Part shown: one piece after another, positions 16,749 through 25,740 of the stretch
Layout of the letters: each line of letters starts with the position of its first letter
Numbering within the stretch: position 1 is the first letter of the stretch
From: a virus
Taxonomy: Duplodnaviria > Caudoviricetes
Direction: 5' to 3' (one strand)
IMG/VR virus record: IMGVR_UViG_3300033075_001817
Span: 853 to 64,852 of that record
DNA length: 64,000 nt
Translations under genes and position numbers: made by a program
Notes under the pieces: generated by a model
Database searches by the model: none
Told to the model about the DNA's origin: nothing
The model's input: only the letters and a program-made list of their open reading frames with translations

Positions 16749-18463
16749 TGGCGAGCCACGACAACCGTCGACAGGGCCCGAACGCCCACGAGCTCGAGGT
16801 CCGCTACCTCGCGGGCGTGCTCACGCTCGGGGCCAAGGAGCTGAACTTCGCGCCGCCCCCGCACGCCATCGAGGACGGCTTCATCCGGACCGTGCTCGAG
16901 ACGGCCATCGAGATGCGCGGCACCGGCGTCGACGTGAGCATCTCGAGCCTCTACGAGCACTTCGGGCGCGACGCGAAGATCTTCGGCAGGCTCACCGAGA
17001 TCGCGGGCGAGTACCGCACGACGGACAGCGCGCTCGCGCTCCGCGACTCCATCGTGGCGAACTACCGTCGCCGCTCGCTGCGGGTCCTCGCCGGGCTCGT
17101 CGCGGCCGCGGGCGACAACGAGGGCGTCGATCTCGAAGAGGTCGCCCAGCGCGTCCAGGCGCTCAAGGAGCCCACGAAGGCGCCCGGCAAGACCGAGCGC
17201 AAGATCACGCCGCCGGACATCCGGGCGATCTGCCAAGCGCAGCCCGGCAAGCACCTGCGCATCCCGACGCAGTGCGCGCCGCTCGACCGCTTCACGGGCG
17301 GCGGACTGCAGACGGGCCGCTTCATCACCATCGGCGGCGCTCCGGGCGCGCGCAAGACCTCCTACGTGCTCTCGATGGTGCACGCGATCGCCATGGCCTC
17401 ATCGCCGCGCGCGCTCTGCGTGTTCATCGCTGGCGACGAGCCGCGCGACGGCCTGCTCTCGCGCATCGGGCAGATGGCGGGCATGGCGCGCCGATCCCTC
17501 GACGACGAGGACCTCGCCAACAGCGTGCCGAGCTGGTCGTTCGTCGCCGACCACATGGCGCAGATCCCGAACCTCGTTCTCTTCGATCCCGACAGCGACA
17601 ACGTCACCGTCGAGGAAGTCGCCGCGTGGGCCGGCGCAGAAGCGCGCGCGCAGAACCTCCGGCTCGTGCTCGTGATCGACTCGCTTCAGACGGCGCCGTT
17701 CACGTGCGATGCGAACGGTGAGCGCGAGAAGAGCACGCGGCAGCTCATCAACGACCGGGTGAAGGCGCTCAAGCGGATCAAGAACCGCGAGCGCGCGTGC
17801 GTCATCGTCATCTCGGAGCTCAACCGCGATGGCTACAAGACCGGGCAGAAGGCGGACCTCTCGAGCTTCAAGGAGTCGAGCGACATCGAGTACGGCGCCG
17901 ACGTCGCGATGTCGGTCGTGGGCATCAAGGGCGAGGACGGGCAGCCCTCGACCCTCGTCGAGATCACCATCCTGAAGAACCGCCTCGGCCCCAACGACGT
18001 GAGCTTCAAGCTGCGCCGCACCGACCGCTGCACCTTCGAGACCGAAGAGCAGCTCGAGGTCGAGGCAGCGAACGCCAGGAGCATCCGCGCGGAGAAGGAG
18101 CGGCAGGAGGCGGCGGAGTTCGACCGACGCGCCAAGGCCTGCGCCGAGCGCCTGCTCCACTCCCTCTCCCTCGTGAAGGGCCAGGTGAAGACCCGCGAGG
18201 ACCTCGGCGCCCTCGTGAAGGAGCAGAAGCGGGTGGTCGTACGGGCCATCTCGACGCTCCTCGCAGACGGCCGGATCGCGAAGGACAAGGGCGGCAGCTA
18301 CCGGATCGCGAGTGGCACAGCTCGCGCCATCGAGCAGCTCCCGACACTCGTCGGAGCGGCCGGACAGGCGCCCAGCCAGCCGACCCAGGACGAGCCTCCG
18401 CACACAGATGCCGACATGCCCGACAGGGGTGGAGAGGAGGGGGTGGATGGTCTCGATTTTTGA
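16748..18463 (+). CDS. DnaB-like replicative helicase with C-terminal winged-helix-like extension
   Basis: LDRFTGGGLQTG, Walker A GGAPGARKTS, Walker B LVIDSLQ, ISELNR, FKESSDIEYGADV, ILKNRLG. Confidence 0.85.
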   Translation: MASHDNRRQGPNAHELEVRYLAGVLTLGAKELNFAPPPHAIEDGFIRTVLETAIEMRGTGVDVSISSLYEHFGRDAKIFGRLTEIAGEYRTTDSALALRDSIVANYRRRSLRVLAGLVAAAGDNEGVDLEEVAQRVQALKEPTKAPGKTERKITPPDIRAICQAQPGKHLRIPTQCAPLDRFTGGGLQTGRFITIGGAPGARKTSYVLSMVHAIAMASSPRALCVFIAGDEPRDGLLSRIGQMAGMARRSLDDEDLANSVPSWSFVADHMAQIPNLVLFDPDSDNVTVEEVAAWAGAEARAQNLRLVLVIDSLQTAPFTCDANGEREKSTRQLINDRVKALKRIKNRERACVIVISELNRDGYKTGQKADLSSFKESSDIEYGADVAMSVVGIKGEDGQPSTLVEITILKNRLGPNDVSFKLRRTDRCTFETEEQLEVEAANARSIRAEKERQEAAEFDRRAKACAERLLHSLSLVKGQVKTREDLGALVKEQKRVVVRAISTLLADGRIAKDKGGSYRIASGTARAIEQLPTLVGAAGQAPSQPTQDEPPHTDADMPDRGGEEGVDGLDF

Positions 18464-18466
18464 GAT

Positions 18467-18616
18467 CGGTTCCGACCGGTTCCCGATCGGTTCCAGACCG
18501 GTTCCGGGAACCGCGCCGGTTCACCGGTTCCGGAGGTTCCCTCCCCCCGTAGGGGGGAACCATCCGAATCGGGAACCGATCACCGAGCACGATCAGGCCG
18601 ATCGGTTCCCGGTTCC
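18467..18616. repeat. Iteron-like array of GGTTCC/GGAACC repeats with a central inverted repeat
   Basis: About a dozen (C)GGTTCC or GGAACC(G) copies, plus GGTTCCCTCCCCCC-GTA-GGGGGGAACC (18535-18561). Confidence 0.85.
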
Positions 18617-18733
18617 CGAGCATGAAAGATTGATCAAGCTCGAGGCATGCAGCGGCCCCCTCACCAGCATCGTCGCGGGCAGGTGGTCGCCAACCGTGAT
18701 GCCTCGGTGCGAGACCGGGAGCCGTAGTTGGGT

Positions 18734-18767
18734 TGTGCCATCACGTGGTGTGCCAGAGGGTGTGCCA
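18734..18767 (+). repeat. Three TGTGCCA direct repeats upstream of terS
   Basis: Copies at 18734, 18749 and 18761. Confidence 0.75.
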
Positions 18768-18783
18768 CGCAGCGAGGTGATCC

Positions 18784-19347
18784 ATGGCTGACGAGGTAGT
18801 CGCGGGTGGGTCTAACGGCGACGGCAGCGGACGTCGTCCGAAGCGTGGCAAGCGCTCACCCGGATCCACAAAGGGTCACCGCGCGCGGCCCGTCTCAGTC
18901 GAGATCCGTCGCGACAAGGTCGTCGCCCTCGCGGTGCTCGGCACTCCCGTCGGCGTGATCGCGAAGGAGCTCGATCTCGCGCGCGAGACCGTCTCGAGGA
19001 TCATCCACGAGCCGGAGGTGCGGGCTCGCATCGAGGCGGCGCGGCAGACGGCGATCATGGACGGCCGCGCCGACCTGCAGGCGTCCACGCGGTGGCTCAC
19101 TGGGCGACTGCTCGAGCTCGCCGCGTCACGCAACCAGGCGGTCGCGGTGCGCGCGATCGTCGAGGCGCTGAGCAAGGTCGGATTCGACGCGCCGAAGCGG
19201 ATCGACCTCGGCCTACTCGCGGGCAGCACCGACGAGGAGCTCTGGGCGAAGCTGCGCGACCTCGAACGGCGCGTGAGTGATCAGGCGAAGCTTGAGGAGC
19301 TGCCGGCCGAGACGTCGAGCGACGACGAGGAGCCGAGCGATGGTTGA
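18784..19347 (+). CDS. Terminase small subunit (putative)
   Basis: HTH (VIAKELDLARETVSRII) and helical body; overlaps the terL start. Confidence 0.75.
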   Translation: MADEVVAGGSNGDGSGRRPKRGKRSPGSTKGHRARPVSVEIRRDKVVALAVLGTPVGVIAKELDLARETVSRIIHEPEVRARIEAARQTAIMDGRADLQASTRWLTGRLLELAASRNQAVAVRAIVEALSKVGFDAPKRIDLGLLAGSTDEELWAKLRDLERRVSDQAKLEELPAETSSDDEEPSDG

Positions 19348-20845
19348 GCGCGCGCTCGTCGGCCCGCTCGACGCGCTCGACGCGCTCCCGCCCGATGACG
19401 CGCAGCGCATGCTCCGCGACGAGCTGCTCCGTCGCGACGCGGCCAAGCGCAACGTGGCGCCGTTCGCGAAGTACCTGCACGACCCCGTCGGCTTCGCGCG
19501 GCACGAGCTCGCGCAGCGGCTCTGGTGGCGCCAGGAGGAGCTACTCACCGCGGTCGATCAGCACCAGCTCGTGATGGTCGCGAGCGGCCAGAAGACGGGC
19601 AAGACGCGCGCGTTCGGCGGGATCTTGCCGCTCTGGTGGATGGCGACGCGCGTGCGCGGGAAGGTGCTGCTCACGAGCGGCAACGCCGATCAGGTGAAGC
19701 TGCAGCTCTGGGCCGAGCTGAGCGACGTGTGCGCGAGCACGGGGATCCTCGACCGCATCGGAGGTCACCTGAACCGCGATCCGAGCCGCGGTCTCATCCT
19801 CGCCGATGGCCGGATGATCGTCGGCCTGACCGCGCGCGACAAGGAGCGCATGGCCGGCTACTCGGGCGACGAGCTGCTCGTGATCGTCGACGAGGCGAGC
19901 GGCTTCGACGACGACCTGTGGAAGGCCATCCGCGGCAACCTGCTCGGTGGCGCCCACGCCGTCGCGGGAGGCAACCCGACGCGCACGACGGGCTGGCATT
20001 ACGGCTACTTCACGACGTCGAAGAGCGAGGCCTACACGATTCGGATGAGCTCGCGCGAGACGCCGAACTACGTCGAGGGCCGCAAGGTGATCCCGGGCCT
20101 CGCCGAGCGCTCCGCGGTCGACAAGATCATCCGCGAGTACGGCGAGGGCAGCGCCGAAGTGCAGATCCGCGTCGACGGCCAGCACGCGACGCAGAGCAGC
20201 AACTCCGTCGTGCACGTCGGACCGCTAGAGGCGGCGGTGAAGCGATGGAGCGAGCAGCTCTGGCGCGAGGCGCCTGGACGCTTGACGATTGGCGTCGACG
20301 TCGCGCGCTTCGGCGATGACGACTCGGTCGCGCAGCCGCGCCGCGGTCTGGTCGCGGGCCCGAACGTCGTGGTGCACGGCATCGACACCGTGGACCTCAC
20401 TGGGCGCGTGCTGACGATGGCGCGCGAGCTGCGGCGCATGGAGCGCACGAGCTGGGAGCTCCCGCTCGTCAACGTCGATGTGAGCGGACTCGGCGCCGGC
20501 GTGTTCGATCAGCTCGCTCGGCACCGTGACCTCGTCGAGGTGTGCGCGGCCGACTCGAGCGTGAATGCGAACGAGCGCGACAAGCACCACCGCTACCGCG
20601 ACGAGATGTGGTGGTCGATTCGTGAGTGGCTCGCCGAGGGCGCCGCGCTCCCGCCCGATCCGAAGCGCGACGAAGAGCTGCTCGCGCCCACGTACGGCTT
20701 CGACGCGGAGGGCCGCACGCTCGTCGAATCGAAGGACGCCGTGAAGAAGCGGCTGAAGCGCTCGCCGGATCGTGGCGACGCGCTCGGGCTCAGCATCGCA
20801 CGCGGGCAGAGCGCTCCTCGCGCCATCCACATCCGGGGGCTCTGA
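19340..20845 (+). CDS. terL: Terminase large subunit
   Basis: Walker A SGQKTGKT, Walker B VIVDEAS, GNPT, nuclease IGVDVARFGDD and SPDRGDAL. Confidence 0.95.
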   Translation: MVERALVGPLDALDALPPDDAQRMLRDELLRRDAAKRNVAPFAKYLHDPVGFARHELAQRLWWRQEELLTAVDQHQLVMVASGQKTGKTRAFGGILPLWWMATRVRGKVLLTSGNADQVKLQLWAELSDVCASTGILDRIGGHLNRDPSRGLILADGRMIVGLTARDKERMAGYSGDELLVIVDEASGFDDDLWKAIRGNLLGGAHAVAGGNPTRTTGWHYGYFTTSKSEAYTIRMSSRETPNYVEGRKVIPGLAERSAVDKIIREYGEGSAEVQIRVDGQHATQSSNSVVHVGPLEAAVKRWSEQLWREAPGRLTIGVDVARFGDDDSVAQPRRGLVAGPNVVVHGIDTVDLTGRVLTMARELRRMERTSWELPLVNVDVSGLGAGVFDQLARHRDLVEVCAADSSVNANERDKHHRYRDEMWWSIREWLAEGAALPPDPKRDEELLAPTYGFDAEGRTLVESKDAVKKRLKRSPDRGDALGLSIARGQSAPRAIHIRGL

Positions 20846-21159
20846 TGCACCAGCAGGGATGGTTCAGCTGCCGCTCGAAAGCGCGCTTCGCGACCGAGCA
20901 CGAGGCCGAGCGACGCGCGCGCAAGTTCGGTCAGCGCGTCTACGAGTGCGGCCGCTGCGGCGGGTGGCACTGCTCGGCGGAGGCGTTCGCTCCGAAGCGC
21001 ATCGTGACGGCGCGCGTGCATCCGAACGTGGAGCTCGACCGAGCGCGCAAGGGCCTCGCCGAGCTCGAACGCAAGCACATCACCGGCCCGCTGCGTGACG
21101 CGGCTGAGCAGCGGGTCCGGGAGCTCGAGGGACAGGCGCGAGGAGGCGAGAGGCGATGA
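20845..21159 (+). CDS. Small Zn-finger protein
   Basis: C..K..F.TE..A...VYEC.RCGGWH. Confidence 0.6.
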   Translation: MHQQGWFSCRSKARFATEHEAERRARKFGQRVYECGRCGGWHCSAEAFAPKRIVTARVHPNVELDRARKGLAELERKHITGPLRDAAEQRVRELEGQARGGERR

Positions 21160-21299
21160 CGATCATGGTCGATTGGGTGTGGTGGGAGGGCGTGATCGCG
21201 GGGCTCGGCTGGGGGCTCGTGATCGGGGGCGTGCTCGGCGTGCGGTGGCTCGAGCAGCGGATCGTCACCGAACACGACGAGGCGGGCGGCGATCGATGA
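21156..21299 (+). CDS. Small membrane peptide
   Basis: WWEGVIAGLGWGLVIGGVLG; coupled overlaps. Confidence 0.4.
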   Translation: MTIMVDWVWWEGVIAGLGWGLVIGGVLGVRWLEQRIVTEHDEAGGDR

Positions 21300-22255
21300 G
21301 CCGCACCCGCCTGCACCTGCGCCGTGAGCGCTACGACGGCGAGGGCCTCGACATCGCGTTCGGGCTCTGCGGCATCCAGACGCAGGACGTCACCGAGGAT
21401 CCGGGCCTCGTGCGCTGCAAGCTCTGCCGGCGCCGCATGGACGAGCTCGATCGCGCGGCGTCACCGGCCGCACCAGCCCTCGAGCAGCCGTTCGCTCCCG
21501 GGCCGGCGCGCCCCGTCGCCGAGCTGGGCGGCACGAGCACCGTCGACGCGCGCATCGAGCGGATCGCATCGCGAGCCTACGCGGTGCTCACCGGCCGCGA
21601 GGATGCTCCGCGCTGGCGGTCGCTCGACGCAGCGCTCGCGATGTGGCGGCGCGTGCGCATCGACCACACGCCGATCCGGAGCGGCTGGAAGGCCGAGCAG
21701 GAGAGCCGCAGCGAGGGCGCGGTCCGGACCACGCACGGGCGCGACGAGTTCATCGAGGTCGATCGGCTCTTCGCGCTCGCCTTCACCGAGGACGTGCTCA
21801 TCCGGAGCGGCACGCACATCCTCAGGCTCACGCGCGCCGAGGCCTCCGCGATCCTGCGATCGGTGAGCGCCGAGGAGAGCGACGCGACGGGCTGGGCCGA
21901 GCGGCTCGTGGCGAACGATCGCTACGCGACGCGCGAGCTGGTGGGGCAGGTCATCCAGCGCGGCCGGGCAGCGATGCGGGCCGCGCTCGAGCGCAAGGGT
22001 CTCGTCGAGAAGCGGGTGCGAAGGGCGGCGGCGATCGCGCCGCAGGAGGATCTCATGGCGGCAGGCTGGGACATCGAGACGTGGAGCCAGATCTCGCTCG
22101 TGGTCGGCCGCAGCGAGGCGGCGTGCAAGCGCTACTCGGAGCGGCCCGAGGATCCGCTGCCCGTCCACGAGCAGCTCGGGCGGGTCGTCGCCAAGCGCGA
22201 AGAGCTGCTCGCGTGGGTGACGCGCCAGACCCGGAGGCGCGGGGCGGCCGCGTGA
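21296..22255 (+). CDS. Putative late-gene regulator (N-terminal Cys motif, C-terminal HTH)
   Basis: LCG...RCKLC; C-terminal TWSQISLVVGRSEAACKRY...LPV...GRVVAKREELLAW (AlpA/Xis-like HTH); last gene before a 408-bp gap and the head genes. Confidence 0.5.
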   Translation: MSRTRLHLRRERYDGEGLDIAFGLCGIQTQDVTEDPGLVRCKLCRRRMDELDRAASPAAPALEQPFAPGPARPVAELGGTSTVDARIERIASRAYAVLTGREDAPRWRSLDAALAMWRRVRIDHTPIRSGWKAEQESRSEGAVRTTHGRDEFIEVDRLFALAFTEDVLIRSGTHILRLTRAEASAILRSVSAEESDATGWAERLVANDRYATRELVGQVIQRGRAAMRAALERKGLVEKRVRRAAAIAPQEDLMAAGWDIETWSQISLVVGRSEAACKRYSERPEDPLPVHEQLGRVVAKREELLAWVTRQTRRRGAAA

Positions 22256-22663
22256 CAGCCCGATTGCCGAGACAGGCAATCACCGGAGCGGGGCGAGGAC
22301 AGCCCAGGACCGGCCGACCGTCGCCAAGGTAGGGGGGTGGCGGCCGATCCGTTCGCGCGCGCGAGAGAGAGGCACAGGAGCGGGAATCGGGCATTTCTGC
22401 TCGACCGACCGAACCGACGTTAGCCGAAGTGAGCGAACATGGGCTGTGAGCACCCCTGGGCAGGGGGGTCGAAATCGGGCATCACCACATCACGCTCGAC
22501 GAGCACCCGATGATGACCCGGCGACGTTGGCTGCTCGATGAGGGCCAGGCGTTCGTGGGTTGAGACTCGGGCGCTGCGTCGAAAACGCTGACCCACAGCG
22601 CTGCACCCTCAGGCCCCGTCGGCTCACCCCCGGCGGGGCCGCCCCTATCCCCGGTGGTGCTCG

Positions 22664-24244
22664 ATGGCCGACTCGCTCATCGACCAGCTCCGGCGCGAGC
22701 GGCCGGAGTACCGGCGCGAGTGCGAGTGGCTGGCGTTCCTGGCCGACGCGTACACGGGCGGGGGCGGCTTCCAGGGCAAGGTCCGTCAGCCTGAGAGCGG
22801 CTACTGGGGCGCGGCCGCCGAGCAGTACGCGAGCAGCTCTTCGGTGCTCGCCGATGCTTCGCGTGCGAGCCTCTCGAACGGCAGCTACCTCGACCGGTTC
22901 CACCGCGAGGATCAGCCGAAGTACGACGCGCGCCGGGACCTCGCCCACTACCTGAACTACGTCGAGCCGCTGACCGACCTCAAGGTCAGCTACATGCTCC
23001 GCAAGCCCTTCACGCGCGTGGAGGAGCCGGCCGAGATCGAGGCGTGGCGCGCCGACATCGACGGCGAGGGCACGAGCTACGACGACCTTCGCCCGCAGCT
23101 CGCCACGAACGCCGCGGTGCTCGGCTGGACGCCGCTCCTCATCGACCGTCCGGTGGCTCCGCCGGGCCTCTCCGCCGCGCAGGCGAGGGACATCGGCGCC
23201 GATCGCTTCCTCGTCCACCAGCTCTCGCCCGCGAACATCCTCGAGTGGAGCGAGCGCGGCGGCAAGCTGCTCTGGGCGAAGACCCGCGTGTGCTCGGTCG
23301 ACGTCGCCGGCTGGAACATGCCGCCGATCAAAGTCGAGGAGATCTCGGTCTGGTACCCGGACCACGTCGAGCGCTGGGTCATCCGCGCGCCCGAGAAGGG
23401 CGATCCGGTCGTCGAGTCGCTCGGCAGCTTCACGCATCCGTTCAAGCGCGTGCCGCTCGCGATCTTCCGGCACAAGCGCGTCCCGAGCAAAGCCTCGTGC
23501 GTGGTCGGCCTGCCGATGCACGCGCAGGTGAGCCTCGTCGCGCGGCGCTTGTTCAACCTCACCTCGGAATTCGACGAGCACATCCGCCAGCAGGTCTTCG
23601 CCATACTCGTGCTCCCGCGCATGCCGGGGCAGGCCGGAGACGTCTCGGTCGGCAGCACGAACGGGCTCGAGTGCGGCCCCGAGCAGAAGAACGTCCCCTA
23701 CTACCTCGCGCCTCCCGCGACGGTCGCCGACACGCTGGAGAAGCGCGTCGAATCGACGGTCAAAGAGATCTACCGGATGGCGCGCGTCGAGTTCTCGCGG
23801 CCCACCGGCGGATCGACGGCGAGCGGCGTCGCGCTGGCCTACGAGTTCGCGCAGACGAACCGCGCGATCGGTGACTTCGCCGCCGAGTTCGCGCGCGGCG
23901 AGACCGACGTGATCCAGATCGTCGGCACCGCGCTCGGCATCTCCGAGGACCGCCTCAAGAAGGCGCACGTCGTCGCTCCGAGCGACTTCAGCATCGACGA
24001 TCTCGCCGCGGACCTGAAGGCCGCCGCCGACGCCGTCTCGCTCGGCATCGGCCCGACGGCGACCGTCGAGGTGAAGTACCGCGCGATCGAGCAGCTGCTC
24101 CCGCACGCACCCGCCGAGACGATGGCGAAGATCCGCCGCGAGCTCGACGAGGCCGCGAAGCAGCCGCCCCCGGCGCCTCCGCCCGCACCCCCCGCTCCGC
24201 CCGGCAACAAGCCGCCGCAGCCCCCCGCACCTCCCGCAGCCTGA
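22664..24244 (+). CDS. Portal protein
   Basis: 526 aa first head gene; Y.GGGG, AHYLNYVEP, SGVALAYEF motifs (SPP1 gp6/DUF4055-like); Pro-rich tail. Confidence 0.88.
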   Translation: MADSLIDQLRRERPEYRRECEWLAFLADAYTGGGGFQGKVRQPESGYWGAAAEQYASSSSVLADASRASLSNGSYLDRFHREDQPKYDARRDLAHYLNYVEPLTDLKVSYMLRKPFTRVEEPAEIEAWRADIDGEGTSYDDLRPQLATNAAVLGWTPLLIDRPVAPPGLSAAQARDIGADRFLVHQLSPANILEWSERGGKLLWAKTRVCSVDVAGWNMPPIKVEEISVWYPDHVERWVIRAPEKGDPVVESLGSFTHPFKRVPLAIFRHKRVPSKASCVVGLPMHAQVSLVARRLFNLTSEFDEHIRQQVFAILVLPRMPGQAGDVSVGSTNGLECGPEQKNVPYYLAPPATVADTLEKRVESTVKEIYRMARVEFSRPTGGSTASGVALAYEFAQTNRAIGDFAAEFARGETDVIQIVGTALGISEDRLKKAHVVAPSDFSIDDLAADLKAAADAVSLGIGPTATVEVKYRAIEQLLPHAPAETMAKIRRELDEAAKQPPPAPPPAPPAPPGNKPPQPPAPPAA

Positions 24245-24257
24245 CGAGGACACGACC

Positions 24258-24767
24258 ATGGTCACGACCCGCACCGCGATCGATCTGGTGCATCTCCGCG
24301 ACGACGCGCTCCTCGCGGCGTTCAACGAGCTGAACGCGGCCCTCGCCGCGCAGGGGCTCCTCCCGCACCACGCGCCGACGACCGTCGTCCCCGACACGGG
24401 CACGGCCGATCTCGCCGCGGTGCAGGTGATCGCGAACGCGCTCAAGGCCGCGTACAACGCGCACATCGCCGACACGGGCGCGCACGTCGCGGCCGATGCG
24501 ACGAACGTCACGACCGCTGCGGCCGCGACCGATCAGACCTCGAGCAACACGCTCCTCAACGAGCTGAAGGCCGACTTCAACGCGCACATCGCGCTCGTCG
24601 CGTCGCACCGCACGGTGCTCGGCGCGGGCGTCGCCACGCTGCTCACCGTCTCGACCTCGGACGCGTCGGACCTCGCGACCTCGAAGGCGCTCGCGGCCGC
24701 GCTCCTGCTCGCGATGAACCGCCACTTCGGCGCCGGCTCGTCGCTGATCGCGCTCAAGAGCGCCTGA
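24258..24767 (+). CDS. Virion-associated protein with repeated helical motif (head decoration/fibre candidate)
   Basis: ANALKAAYNAHIA / LNELKADFNAHIA repeat. Confidence 0.55.
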   Translation: MVTTRTAIDLVHLRDDALLAAFNELNAALAAQGLLPHHAPTTVVPDTGTADLAAVQVIANALKAAYNAHIADTGAHVAADATNVTTAAAATDQTSSNTLLNELKADFNAHIALVASHRTVLGAGVATLLTVSTSDASDLATSKALAAALLLAMNRHFGAGSSLIALKSA

Positions 24768-24902
24768 CGATCACGCTCGCTTCGGCGAGCACCCGCGTTG
24801 CTCACGAGCGGCGCGTACCGGCACGCGGACTCGCACGCGTGAACGCCCGGGTCTGCGAGGTGAGGCGGTACCCGGACGCCGAAGTCCCCGGGGTGGTGCG
24901 CC

Positions 24903-25676
24903 ATGAACGCTCGCGCTCGCTCGCTCGTCTCCACGATCTGCTTCATCGGCCTCGGCGGCCTCCCGCACGAGCGATCCGTCTTCTGGGACGAGAACAAGGA
25001 CGGCGGGGGCGGAGGTGGAGGCACCGGCACCGGCGGCGGCACCACCGAGAAGAAGCTCGAGCTGACGCAGGCGCAGCTAGACGCGATGATCACCGATCGC
25101 CTGAAGAAGGCGTCGGCCGAGAGCGCAGATCTGAAGACGAAGCTCGAGGCCACGAACAAGACCCTCGCCGAGATCCAGGCCAAGGCCGACGAGCTCGAGC
25201 TGAAGGGCAAGAGCGCCGACGAGAAGGCGCGCATCGCCGCGCAGAAGGCCGCCGAGAAGCTCGAGGCCGATCGCGTGGCGCTCGCGAAGGAACGCGACGA
25301 GGCCAAGGCGATCGCCGACGCCGCGCAGAAGTCGCTCCGCGCGCACATCGTCGGCTCGCAGGTGAGCGAGGCGCTCATCACCGCGAAGGCCCTGCCGGCG
25401 TCGCTTCGGCACGCCGCGCCCGCGTTCCTCGCCGAGGTCGAGATCGACACCGACGACGCGCACAAGATCACCGCGATCCGCCTCGGCGGCGTCGCGCAGA
25501 AGGACCTCGCCACCGCTGCGGCGGAGTGGCTGAAGGCGAACACGCACTTCGCCGCCGCCGCTCAGGGCGGCAGCGGTTCCTCGGGGCAGGGCGGCCGGTT
25601 CGATACCGGCGGGCGCCCGCTCCACGAGCTCTCCACCTCGGAGCTCCTGCAGATGGACGCGGACTCGCGCCGCTGA
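24903..25676 (+). CDS. Capsid scaffolding protein
   Basis: LTQAQLDAMITDRL, long coiled coil, Gly-rich C-terminus; directly before the capsid gene. Confidence 0.8.
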   Translation: MNARARSLVSTICFIGLGGLPHERSVFWDENKDGGGGGGGTGTGGGTTEKKLELTQAQLDAMITDRLKKASAESADLKTKLEATNKTLAEIQAKADELELKGKSADEKARIAAQKAAEKLEADRVALAKERDEAKAIADAAQKSLRAHIVGSQVSEALITAKALPASLRHAAPAFLAEVEIDTDDAHKITAIRLGGVAQKDLATAAAEWLKANTHFAAAAQGGSGSSGQGGRFDTGGRPLHELSTSELLQMDADSRR

Positions 25677-25740
25677 ACGTCGACCGCGTGGTGCGGGCCG
25701 ACACCGATCGATTCGACCGACTGAAAGGAGTCGAACCACC

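Noticed and set aside
18464-18620. CRISPR array
   Set aside because: Repeats are 6-7 bp, in both orientations, without unique spacers; no cas genes anywhere in the window.
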